Source: Vicugna vicugna
Taxonomy: Eukaryota
NCBI GenBank assembly: GCA_013265495.1
Contig: MU058198.1
Span: forward strand, 508,419-572,418
DNA length: 64,000 nucleotides
Reading direction: 5' to 3'
A model generated the notes under the pieces. That model was not told the origin of the DNA, did not search any database, and saw nothing but the letters and a program-made list of their open reading frames with translations. A program made the position numbers and the translations under genes. This document shows, one piece after another, positions 24,201-34,300 of the stretch. Every line of letters begins with the position of its first letter. Positions within the stretch are counted from its first letter, which is position 1.

Positions 24201-26496
24201 TTTTGCTGTGAAATGTTCCTTTCTTTCATTAATAGGAAACACGGCTGCGGTCTCCATCCAATGCCGGGACCCTACCTGCCTAAAGCTCAACCTTCTTTCC
24301 ATCATTTGCTTCTCAGCCCCACATCATCGTTCATCCTCCATATTTTTATTTTTGATTTTGTTTTTTTTTTCCCTTGGCAGGAGGGCAAAGACAAAATGTT
24401 CCTGATAGAAAAGTTGATCAAGCTGCAGGATATGGAGAAGAGAGCAAACCCCTCTTCCTTCACACCAGAAAAGAGAGATGTGGAGGTGAGCCTGGGGGCC
24501 ACCTTGGGGTCCCTGTGACACAGATGTGCCCTCCTGTGAAAAGTGCATCAGGGAACTAGAATCACATAAGGGCACTTCGCTTTCTATGTCTTAACGTTTC
24601 TGTATTGTTTATTTAAAGAAATAGCACACCATCGTTCACCACTTTCTATGCCTGGCGGTATTCTAAGTGCTGGGGTCATTGTGGGGCTTGCACATGCCTT
24701 TCCTGTAACCCAGCCATACAGAGGTTTATCCCACTGAGATGAAAAGAGCCCTGAATCTCACCGCCTCCCCATGTTAATGCTTTTGTATGTGTTCTTCCAG
24801 CTCTTTCCTTCTAGGTATCTGCCAACACGCATGCGTCTGCTAACGTTTTTGTTTATTCATTTACTTATTACCAAAAAGGGGCTACATCATGCACATGGTA
24901 TTGTAACTTCCCCTCTCCCCACTTAATATTGCATCTCAGGCATTGTTTTAGTTTGTACATATTTGGACATTTGGGTCGTTTCCATGTTTTTTTTTAAATA
25001 CTAGAAACAATATGTAATGAAACATTTTTGTTATAATTGTTTTATATGTTTTATCTGCCACAGGCATGCATGTGATAATGTTAATAGATATAACTATATC
25101 ATGCTCTTACGATTTTTACCAATTTCATTCTTATGAAGCAGGTATAAGAGCTGTCTGGAACCCTGCTCTAATTCCAAAGCCCCTGCTGGCTTCGCTGGTG
25201 TCCTGGAAAATTTGGATAAATAGTAAACCCAAGTTAGTTCGAATACTACTAGTTTGGGAATTTGTTGATCTTATCAGAAGAGACTGCTGTGTCACTGACT
25301 CTCCGCACAAATTAATATCGTGATTTAGGCAAGAGAGCTAGAGGCCCAGCTCTAAATCCTGTGAAAGCAGGGGCCACATCTGTACCTTTGCAGCCCCATG
25401 TCCTAATATGTTACCTGGCGTCATGTAGACGCTCAGTAAGTATCTGTGAAATTAATGATGAAATGAATGAAGTCACTGTCCCTAAAAAAATGAAATGAAA
25501 CATGTTTGATATTTCTATGGCTGAACCTTGGTCTTAATCTGTCACTCTTTTTTTTAAAATGGTGGGGGCTCACAAGTCTTACCAGCTATGCCACAGGGTC
25601 TGAAGTCTGTATTCTTTCCCAGCGGTGAGGTTTCTCACTTTCTTCTTTTTCAGCAGTTGGGCCCTTTGCATGTCAGGGAGCATGATGCTGCTCCAGGTGA
25701 GTAACCAGCTGGCACTGGAGGAGGCCTGACTCATCAGATGACCCGCCCCGAGGTAGAGGGTCAGAACTGCTCCCGCTGCAGTCCCTCGCTCAACGGCAAG
25801 AACTGGCCCAAACTGGCTTTAGTAAAAACCCAAGAACAGTTCTTGCTTTAGGTGTGGCTGGAAGCAGAGGCTCACAGCATGTCACCAGAACCTGCTTTCT
25901 TCCTGGTGGGGTCTTTTCCATGTTACCTCCTTTCTCAAATAGGCTCTTCTTGATAATAGTGACAGCTTTATCAGCTTCTGGTACCTTCTCAGATTTAAGC
26001 CTAGTGGGAAAGAGACTCAGAATTCTCACTGTGTTTCATTGCATCTGATTGGGTGATGTACCCACCCATGAACCAATCAATTGCTGTGGCCATGAGACTG
26101 CGACGGTTTCATTGGCCAGATCTGAGTCCCATCTATGTAGATACAGGTGGTATGAACATACAGAACCTCAGGGACTGAGAGTGGAGAAGGGTGGCTTCCT
26201 AAAGAAAATCTGTGGCTGATGACAGAAGGGGAATGAGTCTTGGGGAGGAAACAAGCAAACCCATCCATCTTTTTGGGACAGCGTTCACTGACAGCATCCA
26301 ATGATGGGAGTTCACGGGGGAGAACTGAAGAAACTTAAAAGGAGGCAGGAAGGCCTGAGAAGCCATGGGGTGTTGAAAGCCAGTTTGGTCTTTCCCATGA
26401 GGGATGAGGCAGCATCTGTGCTAACTTCTCTTTCCTGTATCAAAACCAGACCTGCGATTTAGGCGATCAGTTCAAGAAGATAATCCAAAGGTCTGA
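102..26496 (+). CDS. TMC5: TMC5 (transmembrane channel-like protein 5), 3' part of gene, 17 coding exons: join(102..201,2667..2754,3205..3453,5674..5825,7444..7588,8491..8646,10133..10284,14212..14290,15148..15245,16644..16739,17862..17937,18120..18253,20045..20218,22180..22258,24381..24485,25654..25696,26450..26496); 5' exons lie upstream of the window
   Basis: All exons are flanked by AG/GT and their phases chain consistently (1973 nt) to TGA at 26494-26496. The translation contains the TMC signature [13 protein letters not shown], plus [29 protein letters not shown] and PSANCGPF. Gene order next to GDE1 and CCP110 matches the known TMC5 locus. Confidence 0.96.
280..750 (+). mobile_element. 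Old L1 (L1MC/L1ME-like) 3' end fragment
   Basis: Recognisable L1M 3'UTR phrases (aggagcatt-like ttgagggacattctacaaa, aaaactgtcaaggtcatcaaaa, ctctgtatgtctcaaaat) ending in an A-tract; boundaries approximate. Confidence 0.55.
1338..1548. mobile_element. MER20-like hAT DNA transposon remnant
   Basis: gacatttggggctgg...gtgcattgtaagatg...ctagatgccag...tctccagacattgccaagtgtccctgggggg...gttgaga, recognised from the consensus. Confidence 0.65.
1684..2319 (-). mobile_element. ERV1-type solo LTR (degraded)
   Basis: Termini resemble TGTTACC...GGTTACA, with near-TSD accc/atcc. The end agggtcttcctcggtta resembles the end of the LTR at 48097-49078. Confidence 0.6.
2667..2754 (+). CDS. TMC5: TMC5 coding exon ([29 protein letters not shown])
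   Basis: Acceptor tttcccacag; donor ctg|gtaagt; 88 nt; phases fit both neighbours; not captured by the ORF track. Confidence 0.88.
3205..3453 (+). CDS. TMC5: TMC5 coding exon (AYRRAKSSL...GLEFLTGA)
   Basis: Acceptor cacccccag; donor gcg|gtaagt; 249 nt; contains [22 protein letters not shown]. Confidence 0.95.
4238..4552. mobile_element. MER58-like hAT DNA transposon remnant
   Basis: caaactactgcccaagggg..aaatctggcctgccacctgttt...ttggaaca...tttactatctagctctttacagaaaa; a related fragment lies at about 11310-11470. Confidence 0.6.
5674..5825 (+). CDS. TMC5: TMC5 coding exon ([15 protein letters not shown]...CFFSLLFS)
   Basis: Acceptor gcctttcag; donor ag|gtatgg; 152 nt. Confidence 0.94.
6110..6436. 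mobile_element. MLT1-like MaLR LTR
   Basis: cttaaacaacagaaatgtattttctc..gttctggaggctagaaatccgagatcaag...ttcagcccataa. Confidence 0.65.
6699..7145 (+). mobile_element. MLT1-like MaLR solo LTR
   Basis: TG...CA termini; 5-bp near-TSD gctct/actct; tttgcagatgtaattaagttaagga and tttgttatagc..gaaactaacaca motifs. Confidence 0.7.
7444..7588 (+). CDS. TMC5: TMC5 coding exon (MARYFRNNF...FCWDF...STEIR)
   Basis: Acceptor ccttccccag; donor agg|gtaagg; 145 nt. Confidence 0.94.
7888..8106. mobile_element. MER20-like hAT DNA transposon remnant
   Basis: cagtggttttcaac...gtcaatagtgccaatgttgagaaaccctg; opposite orientation to the copy at 1338. Confidence 0.62.
8491..8646 (+). CDS. TMC5: TMC5 coding exon (ENLSEIRQE...YLAENNSK)
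   Basis: Acceptor gtgtttacag; donor aag|gtaacc; 156 nt. Confidence 0.93.
10133..10284 (+). CDS. TMC5: TMC5 coding exon (FLENHREPG...EVYILLIR)
   Basis: Acceptor cccctgcag; donor cg|gtgggt; 152 nt. Confidence 0.93.
12595..13492 (-). mobile_element. MER21-like LTR
   Basis: The minus strand begins gtgatattgtgac..taagaaata; internal cagctgggtgtcctacaattcaactcaattctgaca; left boundary approximate. Confidence 0.55.
12653..12724. repeat. Perfect 36-bp tandem duplication
   Basis: caattctgatgtgtgggattttccccacaccatcaa occurs twice (12653-12688, 12689-12724). Confidence 0.95.
13608..13778. mobile_element. MER5A-like hAT remnant
   Basis: gcaccagaattacctgg...ccccagagtttctggttcagtagatctggg...ctaacaagt...actttgagaaccactg; similar remnants at about 8740-8900, 21090-21240 and 36070-36240. 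Confidence 0.6.
14212..14290 (+). CDS. TMC5: TMC5 coding exon ([26 protein letters not shown])
   Basis: Acceptor ctgttgtttag; donor gag|gtgaga; 79 nt. Confidence 0.93.
14417..14566. repeat. (CCAT)n microsatellite, interrupted
   Basis: Runs of ccat with a duplicated higher-order unit ccatcccac(a/g)gtctctccatccatccatccatctat. Confidence 0.9.
15148..15245 (+). CDS. TMC5: TMC5 coding exon, start of TMC domain ([18 protein letters not shown]...EFLRR)
   Basis: Acceptor gccttccag; donor ag|gtaaat; 98 nt; CWET motif. Confidence 0.95.
16644..16739 (+). CDS. TMC5: TMC5 coding exon ([32 protein letters not shown])
   Basis: Acceptor ttttcccag; donor tg|gtaagt; 96 nt. Confidence 0.95.
17450..17773. mobile_element. 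MLT1-like MaLR LTR (internally deleted)
   Basis: ataacaaagtaccacagactgagggg..cttaaac..ttctcacaattctggaggctggaaatccaagaccaagg. Confidence 0.6.
17862..17937 (+). CDS. TMC5: TMC5 coding exon ([25 protein letters not shown])
   Basis: Acceptor ctctgtcacag; donor aac|gtgagt; 76 nt. Confidence 0.94.
18120..18253 (+). CDS. TMC5: TMC5 coding exon ([16 protein letters not shown]...AITIWR)
   Basis: Acceptor tttcttcag; donor ag|gtagga; 134 nt. Confidence 0.94.
20045..20218 (+). CDS. TMC5: TMC5 coding exon ([12 protein letters not shown]...FILTLIVL)
   Basis: Acceptor gttttaccag; donor tt|gtaagc; 174 nt; PSxxCGPF motif. Confidence 0.94.
20438..20558 (+). mobile_element. tRNA-derived SINE (camelid Vic-1-like)
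   Basis: A-box tagctcagtggtaga, B-box ggttcaagccc, A-rich tail, 16-bp near-TSD aagaagtaacatgaaa/aagaaataatatgaaa. Confidence 0.8.
21283..21470 (+). mobile_element. 5'-truncated young L1 3' end
   Basis: cagggaactctattcaatatc...ctgtacgccagaaattgacacaacattgtaa; A-tail; TSD agaatcat(a)tgcattta. Confidence 0.75.
21508..21618 (+). mobile_element. tRNA-derived SINE
   Basis: A-box agctcagtggtaga, B-box ggttcagtcc, perfect 15-bp TSD actgttaaatgttct (21493-21507, 21619-21633). Confidence 0.82.
21634..21796 (+). mobile_element. Older L1 3' end fragment (host of the SINE)
   Basis: catcaaatcaacac...accttaaacttacacaatgtta..gtcaattgtatctcaataaa. Confidence 0.65.
22180..22258 (+). CDS. TMC5: TMC5 coding exon ([26 protein letters not shown])
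   Basis: Acceptor ctcttccag; donor aat|gtaagt; 79 nt. Confidence 0.94.
24381..24485 (+). CDS. TMC5: TMC5 coding exon ([12 protein letters not shown]...KRDVE)
   Basis: Acceptor is a poly-T tract followed by cccttggcag; donor gag|gtgagc; 105 nt. Confidence 0.93.
25654..25696 (+). CDS. TMC5: TMC5 penultimate coding exon ([14 protein letters not shown])
   Basis: Acceptor ttctttttcag (NAGNAG; alternative start 25657); donor cag|gtgagt; 43 nt; phase bridges to the last exon. Confidence 0.82.
26450..26496 (+). CDS. TMC5: TMC5 last coding exon ([15 protein letters not shown])
   Basis: Acceptor caaaaccag; TGA at 26494-26496; resembles the recalled human C-terminus DLRSRRSVQEGNPRA. Confidence 0.85.
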
Positions 26497-26908
26497 AAAT
26501 TCTTGTGGAATCCAGACACCAACCAAATGAGGAAAGAAGACAAAGATGGAACGACTTCTTCCACGACACCTGGGCCTTCAGGAGCTTCCCAGAAGGGGAA
26601 TTCAAGCTGTCAGCCAGGAGTGGAAGCTGACTACAATATAAATACTAAAGCGAAGTTGGGCATTCCTTGCTGGTTTTTCACTCCTGAATTGCTCAATTTT
26701 TCAAGACAAACTGGAATGTTCCAGTAAAGACTGTGGTACTGTTTGAACTAGTTCAAAAACCTGGGAAGAGAGAACCTGAGAATGATGTAGTTTATCTTTA
26801 AGAGATATGCATACGAATTTTTGGTCCTTAGGAGTCTCTCCTCCCAGACAGAGCTCCCAGACCTGGCAAAGGTTTGGAAACTGGTACTAAGTCAAGTGGT
26901 CCAGCTTG

Positions 26909-26914
26909 AATAAA
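26909..26914 (+). terminator. Candidate TMC5 polyadenylation signal AATAAA
   Basis: AATAAA about 410 nt after the TMC5 stop codon; usage not shown. Confidence 0.55.
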
Positions 26915-28844
26915 AATGGGTTTCTCAGTCAGGGATGTGAAGCCTCTGAAGCTTGGGACCTGCATTTGTTTGCGGCTTAACTAAAAACATCCCCGTGTTA
27001 CCCAAAGGTGAAATACAACTAGAAGCCTCGTCTAAAATGTATTCCTTAGTGAGTACCTGAGTCTTTGGGATTAGACTGGGGCAGGGGTGTGGACTGGGAC
27101 TCTGCCCCTGTGGGGTTTTATACATGATCCTCAGAGTCTTATGTTGAACCAGACGTGAAGCCAGTGGTGATACGTGGAATACAGTTATATGTATGTGTCT
27201 GTGTCTGTGTGAGTACATACGCATAAACATACGTACATGTAAAAAACATTTGTGTGTGTGTGCAGATTTGCCAAGTGATTCACAAGGCATGTGACTGTGC
27301 TTAAAACTGAGGGTCCAGCAGAAAAGTGCAATTACCAACTTACTTGTGGGGAGAAATCTCCTCTTCAGTAATCACTATCATGAAATCTAATTGGAACTGA
27401 ATTTCGAAAACATTTCAGATGAATTTGAAACACAAGCATCCAGTCGGTGCTCAGTCATTGATTCGCTTCTTCATTCACTTATTTATTCATTAATTCATCC
27501 GTCACTGAATTAAGTTCTCTTGGTATCATCTTTGCTAGTGTTGCCAGCAGTCCTCCGTTCTTCATTCATTCATTCAACAAACATGTGCCAAGTGGTGGTG
27601 AGCAAGTCAAGACACAGTCTCTGCCCTCATGTGCTTACTGTCTAGAAAATCAATTTAGGCAGGAAGTTAATAATTACAAAACAACTCTAACACACGCTGT
27701 GAAGGAGAAGCTCCCAGGGGACTATGGGAGACTTAACTCGTCTGTGGAACTGATGTTCAAAGCGACTTTCCCTGCTCTCTGTTATCCTAATGCTGTGTGT
27801 GCTACTTTGGCTCCTACATTGAAATGTGGGCTCCCTCTGAAAGCACCGTTTTTGGTTGGATTAGGACGCACCCTAATGGCTTCATATTAACTTAGTCACG
27901 TGTTTAAAGGACTTGCCTCCAAATCCCGTTACATTCCGACGTACTGGGGGTTAGGACTTCAGCGTGTGGATTTTGGGTCAACACAATTCAGCTCGTCATT
28001 GGGATCAACTCACCTCCAGTCGCGTCAGGGCCTCTCATCAGGCAGCGGCGTCCTCAATGCTGGCTGCACCCGGGATGGCACAGAGAGGTTCGAACCACCA
28101 GGCCCATATCCCGCTCTAGACCGACTAAATCAGGCATCCGAATTTTGCCCTTAAAGCTCCCCAGATGGTTTCAGTGAGAACTACTGAGCTAGGATCTCGA
28201 GTTGTTCTTTTTGAACGTGCTTGACCATAAAAGCCACTTGAGGCGCTTATTAAATGGGGAGCTCAGAATACTGCGCCAAAATCTTCCGGGGACATTCCCC
28301 ATCCTTTCCTCCAGCCCTTATTTTAATTAGCTCAGAATGATAAAAGTAACACCTGCTTCCCGACAGTCACCTAAAGCTGGGTAACCCCTGCAGTTTTAGT
28401 ATTGAAAAAGGGTAGCCTCTCCTGCGTTTTTACAGGACCTGACCCTTCACGTGGATGTTTGTTGATGCTGCTAAGTCCTGAATCTTCATCTCACTCTGGG
28501 TCTGTATCCAGTTTCTTCAAGGATACTTGGTATCCCACAACTCATTCTGTCATTTATTGAGTGTCTACTATGTGACAGGCACTGTAATGAGCGCGGGGAA
28601 CGCTTCTCATGAGTGAGCCCTTGCTGTGGGTCAGACAGGATGCTAAGCCCAGGTTTAGAGTGTGAACTTTGGAATTATATAACCTGGGCCTGAATCCTTA
28701 TCCTAGTACTGTTGTGTGACTTTAGGCAAGTTACTTAATTTCCCTGTGCTTTGGTTTTCTTCACTGTAAAAGGGATTATAATGGTACCCACCTCGTAGTG
28801 TTGTAGTGGAGTAGACACACAGAAAGCATTTGAAACAGTGTCTA

Positions 28845-29157
28845 GACTTGCAGACATAGTAAACAATCGTATGGTTACTGGGGAAAGGGGGTGGGAAGGA
28901 ATAAATTTGGGAGTTTGACATTTACAAATGTTAGCCACTGTATACAAAAATGGATTTTAAAAAAAGTTTCTTCTGTATAGCACAAGAAACTGTTCGGTAT
29001 CTTGTAATAACCTCTAATGAAAAAGAATATGAAAATGAGTATGTGGAATATATGTATATATATGCATGACTGGGACACTGTGCTGTACACCAGAAATTGT
29101 CACATTATAACTGACTGTACTTCAATTTTTAAAAATAGCATAAAGAAAGGAAATGAA
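28845..29157 (+). mobile_element. 5'-truncated L1 3' end inserted into a MIR
   Basis: gacatagtaaacaa..tatggttac...tgtgctgtacaccagaaatt; TSD agtgtctag (28836-28844, 29158-29166); MIR-like sequence on both flanks. Confidence 0.72.
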
Positions 29158-31240
29158 AGTGTCTAGTTCATGGTAGGCAGTCAATAAATGTTATTAACAA
29201 GCATTCTACACACCCTCTTTCCTTTAATCACAACTACCTCCTGGTGTGGTACTAATGCTCCCTCTATTTTAAGATGAATTAGGGCGCTAGCTATATGACC
29301 TGTCCAAGGTCATACAGGTAGTTATCAGGAAATTAGATTTAACTTTCTCTGATGCCAAATCCTGTTGTCAGCCCCTTTACTAAGCCTTCAAAGTAAGCGC
29401 TTAATAGTACTGAACACTTTCTTTCCTGATCTGAATTCTCTATTCTTCAAGGCCCATGACCACCTTAGCATAGGATTTAAGTCCCTAATTGGGTCTGGCT
29501 GAGTAAAGTGCAATATGGGTTTGGGATAAAGGTCTGGAGACGAGAACTCCTGGCTCTCAAAGTCTTCGCGGCACAGGAGGGATGCTGTGGACGCTGAGCT
29601 GTGCCCACAGGAACTCCTTCCCTGTCAGTTGCTGTGTGGCCTCTGAGGACCAGAGGGGCAATTCAGTCCACGGATGTTTCCTTTGGTTACTTTCTCTTCC
29701 TCTGTCACTCGTCATAATATGCCATGCAAGTATATGCAGTTTAGATACCCATTTATTGAATCTTTGTCCTGCTGTTCATTTTAAAATTCAAGAAAATTTC
29801 TTTGTAAACATCCCAAGCCCGTTATCATCTTCCTGCCAACACTAACTGTAGCAAAACTCAGTCTGCTTCGCATCATCTCGCAGTGTGCGCTCGTGGCCTG
29901 GCTGCTGCGTGGGTGAGGCTGGTGCCCGTCAGGGCTCAGGAGGGAAGTCATGACTAAGCTGCGGGCCTGGGATCAAGGCTGCAGATGGGGCTGAAAGGTG
30001 GGTGTGGGCAGGGGGGTGGGGGGAGGGGCTGAGAAAGCTAGAGGAGAGACAGCTTTGCAATTTTTTAAAGACTCAACTTCAATTTAAGTATTGTTACTTA
30101 AGTTTACAGAAAGGCCCCTGCAAGCTCAGGTGGGAAAGAGCAGAGCTGGGAATAAGGGCGCTGCATTATATAGGCAGACAGGGCGAGTGGTTCTCTGAAC
30201 TCAGACTGAGCCAGATTGGAATCCCAACTACACCAAGGAACTCGAGACCTTGGGTAAGTTACTTTTACTCTGTAGTACTTTGGTTTCCTTCTCAGTAAAA
30301 AGGGATTAATACCTCTGTCAGATTTCTGTGAGGGCTGATTACAATAATGCATGCTAAACCACTCAACTTCCTGGCCAAAGGTAAACAAGAAGTCTGAGTC
30401 ACCATGGGATCAGGCGCTGTGTCACCAGCTGTGTCACTTCTGTGAAGACCCTTCCCTCCTACGGTTTCAGTTTTCTCTTTTGTAAAAAGAGGTCCATGTC
30501 CTGGACGTCTCTTCCAGTTCTAATTGTCTATGATCATGTTGTAGAGCAGCCTGAAAAGGTGCAACTCTGACCCCTAGTGGTCTGTAGCTCTTGCTTCAAG
30601 ATACTATAACCCCTCAGACTAGTATCAAGACTTCACTACCATTTCCTTGGCTTCACACCTTACCAGGGACCCGGTCACTGGATTGCAGACAGCAGCTCCT
30701 CTAAATTCTTTATGTCTTAGGATATGATGCTCGGTACACAGTTTTCCCTTAGTGCTCCTTTTAATGATTTTATTAGTATGGTCACAAGTTTGATGTCTAC
30801 AGTACGTTGATAACATAGCCAAATACAAATATCTAAATAAGTAAATTACATAAGTGTGTCAAGTTTTAAAATGTCAACTCGGAGTGATCATGCATTTCCC
30901 ATGCATTTGCATCTGCACCCCAAAACTGCACAACTCAATCTGTGCTTATATCCTCGCTGGGTCTCAGTGTGTGCCTCAGCTAGGTTGGGACGGGAGCTGT
31001 TGTGCCTTTTTGCAGACCCAGACTTTCAAGAGCATCAGTGTTGAACTCAAGCATTCCATGGAGCACGGTGGCAACAATGGGTTTTGTTTTGATTCAGGTA
31101 AAAACCCAGTTACCGACTATTGCTTGTGTGAGCCACCTGGTCCCCCCAAGGGCTTGGGCTGGCACAAAGAGTATTTCGATATTCCTGTGTGAGGTCAGCA
31201 GGCAGTTTCCTTAGCCATGTTTCCTCCCTGGGGGGAAAGT

Positions 31241-31388
31241 CTAGAACTGAGATGCACAGTCTTCCAACATGCTGTCGGTGATATAACCAGAACGAAGATG
31301 AGATTCGTAGTAACTTTTTTCATCAAAAGTATTAACTGTCCAAGCGATAACGTGAATGCCTTTAGCTGACCACTTCTTCAAGTAGTCC
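31241..31388 (-). CDS. GDE1: GDE1 coding exon 6 (DYLKKWSAKG...DCASQF*)
   Basis: Acceptor ctttctccag; TAG at 31243-31241; 148 nt. Confidence 0.95.
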
Positions 31389-34300
31389 CTGGAGAAAGAG
31401 GGAAAACCAACCCTGTTAGGATAATGCCAATTGCCCCAGGAATCTATGATGGTCACTAAGTATGGTATTCAGTGACGACTAATAGTGCCCAGAAAGAGCC
31501 TCTTAACTGGCCGCTCTACTGCAACCAGAGGAGTGTTCGAAAACCCAGCATGAGAGCCTCCTCTGAGTCATTACAGCTTAAAACACTTCTGCGCCTCACC
31601 CAAGACTGCCCCCCAACCCCGGCCAAAACACAAGAAGCCCTGTTGAAGGCCGTACCTGGCCTAGTCCCTGTCTCTTTGGCCTCATCTTATGCCACACTTC
31701 CCCCTTCTTTTCTGTGCTGAATTCTTTTCTGTGCGTGTACTGATTTGCTTGCAATTCCTTGAAAGAACCAGGATCCTTCCTTTCCTGCCACAACACTTTC
31801 GCGTGTGTTTCCCCCTCTGATTTGGATCATCACCCCTGCCCCCCTCAATTCCTACTCTCCCCTCGGATCTTGGCTTAATTGTTACTTCCTTGGGGATGTT
31901 TTCCCCGACTCCTCTGACTGGGACAGATTATACAGTGCATGTGCATCGTTCTCTCTTAAGACAGCATTTATCTTAGCTGTAATTTTACATTTGTTGGACT
32001 TTGATTAGCATCTGTCTCTCCCACTTGACTATAAACTCCATGAAGGCAGACCATGGCTTTGTTTCTTTGCCACAGCATTTTCAGCTTCTTGATACAGTAC
32101 CTTGCAATGTTGCAGGAATACACCAAATATTTACTGAACTGAATGCATGCTTGCCTGATATAGTATGAAACTTACTATAATTGGCTGAAATACGCAGCTA
32201 TAAAGCTGAAAAGTTAAAGACTCAGAGACCGCCAGCAGGTTAGGGAATGGAAAGCTGCGAGAGATGAGGTAGGCACCCACGAGATGTCCTCCCTGTGGCT
32301 CTGCCCTGGGTCCGATGTCAGCTTTCAAAAGGGGACAATCATAAGGAAATACAATCTTTCTCATCATAATCTGGCATGTTTATTTTTTCTTTAACATGCA
32401 CTAAAAATCAAGGATATCTGATCAACTTGTTTTGGAAACGGTGAAATATGCCTGAACTCTTCCCACATAAGAAACTAGTGGCATTCCAACTTAATAAAGG
32501 TACCGGGGGGCTTTGTGGGTGGGACCAGTACAGGTTGTCCACTGTTAATCCTTCCTTTCCAAGAAGAACATTCAGGAAATGTTAGGAGAAATAAAAAAAA
32601 AAAATCTTCCAACTTACGGGGATACAAAATCCTTCTGTATGAGGAAAGCTGAAACTCCACACAGGTACCACAAGATATTATGCATGCTCCAATCAAGCAG
32701 AATGTCCATTACCACAAACACGGACTGTTTCCAGGAAGTGTCAAAGCGTGGTTTCCCATCTCCTGTATGGCTAAGGCTCCAAGGTCTGTGAATTAAAGCT
32801 GTTACTACATCCTGATCTATTTGCCTCATCTGAAAAGGAATTTTGGAAAATAAAGCAATTATCGTATCTTAAGTTTGAATACCTCTCATTTGTTCTTTAG
32901 CCAGTGTGCTCATTTTTGACGAAGTGGTCATAGACGGTACCTTGCCCCCCGTGTCTACTAAGGACTCCAGCACAGATCCTTTGCGACTTCCCTCACAATT
33001 CTAAAAGAACTGCAACCCTATCTTTAAGATGAAAACATTATCAGGGTCAAATTTTAATACTGTCACAAGGGTAACTTTCAGTTGGAAATTGATTTAAATT
33101 ACAGCCAGAGATAAATATTAAGAATGCAATGAGGATGGAACCACGATCATTTCAAGATGGGCTGGTTAGCTTTTGATCCTTTCTTGAGAAAATGGCTGAA
33201 AATGAGTTGTGGAAGTGGGGTGAGAAGAGAGAGGTAAGAAGTAGCGGCAGGGGATGAGGACAGAGCAATAGAGAGTGGGGGGGTGTGGATGGAATTCTTT
33301 GTCTGTGCTCTTTGCTCCTCTGCAGAATGTATCACACACTTTAAAGGCCTCTGGTCAGGTTAAGTTTGGGAAACTCTGATCCAAATATCTGAAAGCCCCA
33401 TGACACTATTCACCTCAACGACAGTTTATATCCCGCTAGGCTCCACCCTCACTGTAAAATTTTAAATGTATGCTCTGTTGGTCACTGTTGAAGGACCAAC
33501 TCATTATTTTGGAACCTGTAAATAAAGGGAAAGATGAAGTGTTTTATTTGCCTAGTGGGTAACTAAATAGTAGACGAGAGTTCCTTTTTATAGAAGTATT
33601 CTAGCTAATACGTGAAGAAGAAATGATAGAATTAAAATACTGACATTGTGCAACCGCTGGTAAACTGCAGAGCTGGCATCAGTAACAGCTGCTGATGACA
33701 ATGACGAGTCAGCGTTCTGTGCCTCCTGATGGGAAACAGCCCTCGCCTATGAAATTATCTGGCCAAGAATAACTGAACCTAATCTGATCAAGCCTTTAGT
33801 TCTCACTACCAATTTACAGGAAATATACAGAAGGGAAGAATGTGTAAAACTGTATCACGGCATCATTAGCAAAATGCAGACTTGGGTATATAAACCCTAC
33901 AAAACAACCTGGTTTCTTCAGTAAGTGCACCATAAGGGAGGAAAAAAAACTTGCAGGTTTTAAGATTTAAAATGACAACGTGAAACCCTTATTTGGTCCT
34001 GATTCAAATGAATAATTTGTAAAAAAAACAAACAAAAAATATATTTCTGAGACAAATGATAATTTATACACTGGATGTCTGATCATCTTAAGGACTTCTT
34101 GTTAATGGTGTTAGACAGGATAATTAAATTGTGGTTATGTTTACAAAAAAGGAATCACTTTTGAAAGATACTTAATGTAGTTTTTACAGATAAAATGATA
34201 TGATGTCTGGAGTTTGCTTCAAAATAACCCTGGGGAGAAAAACTGGGAGTACGGGTGAAGCCAGCTGGATTATGGCTAAAGCAGGGCTCACTGTCCTACT

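Noticed and set aside
30005..30028. G-quadruplex-like G runs (also 9432-9455)
   Set aside because: Very common in mammalian DNA; nothing here indicates function
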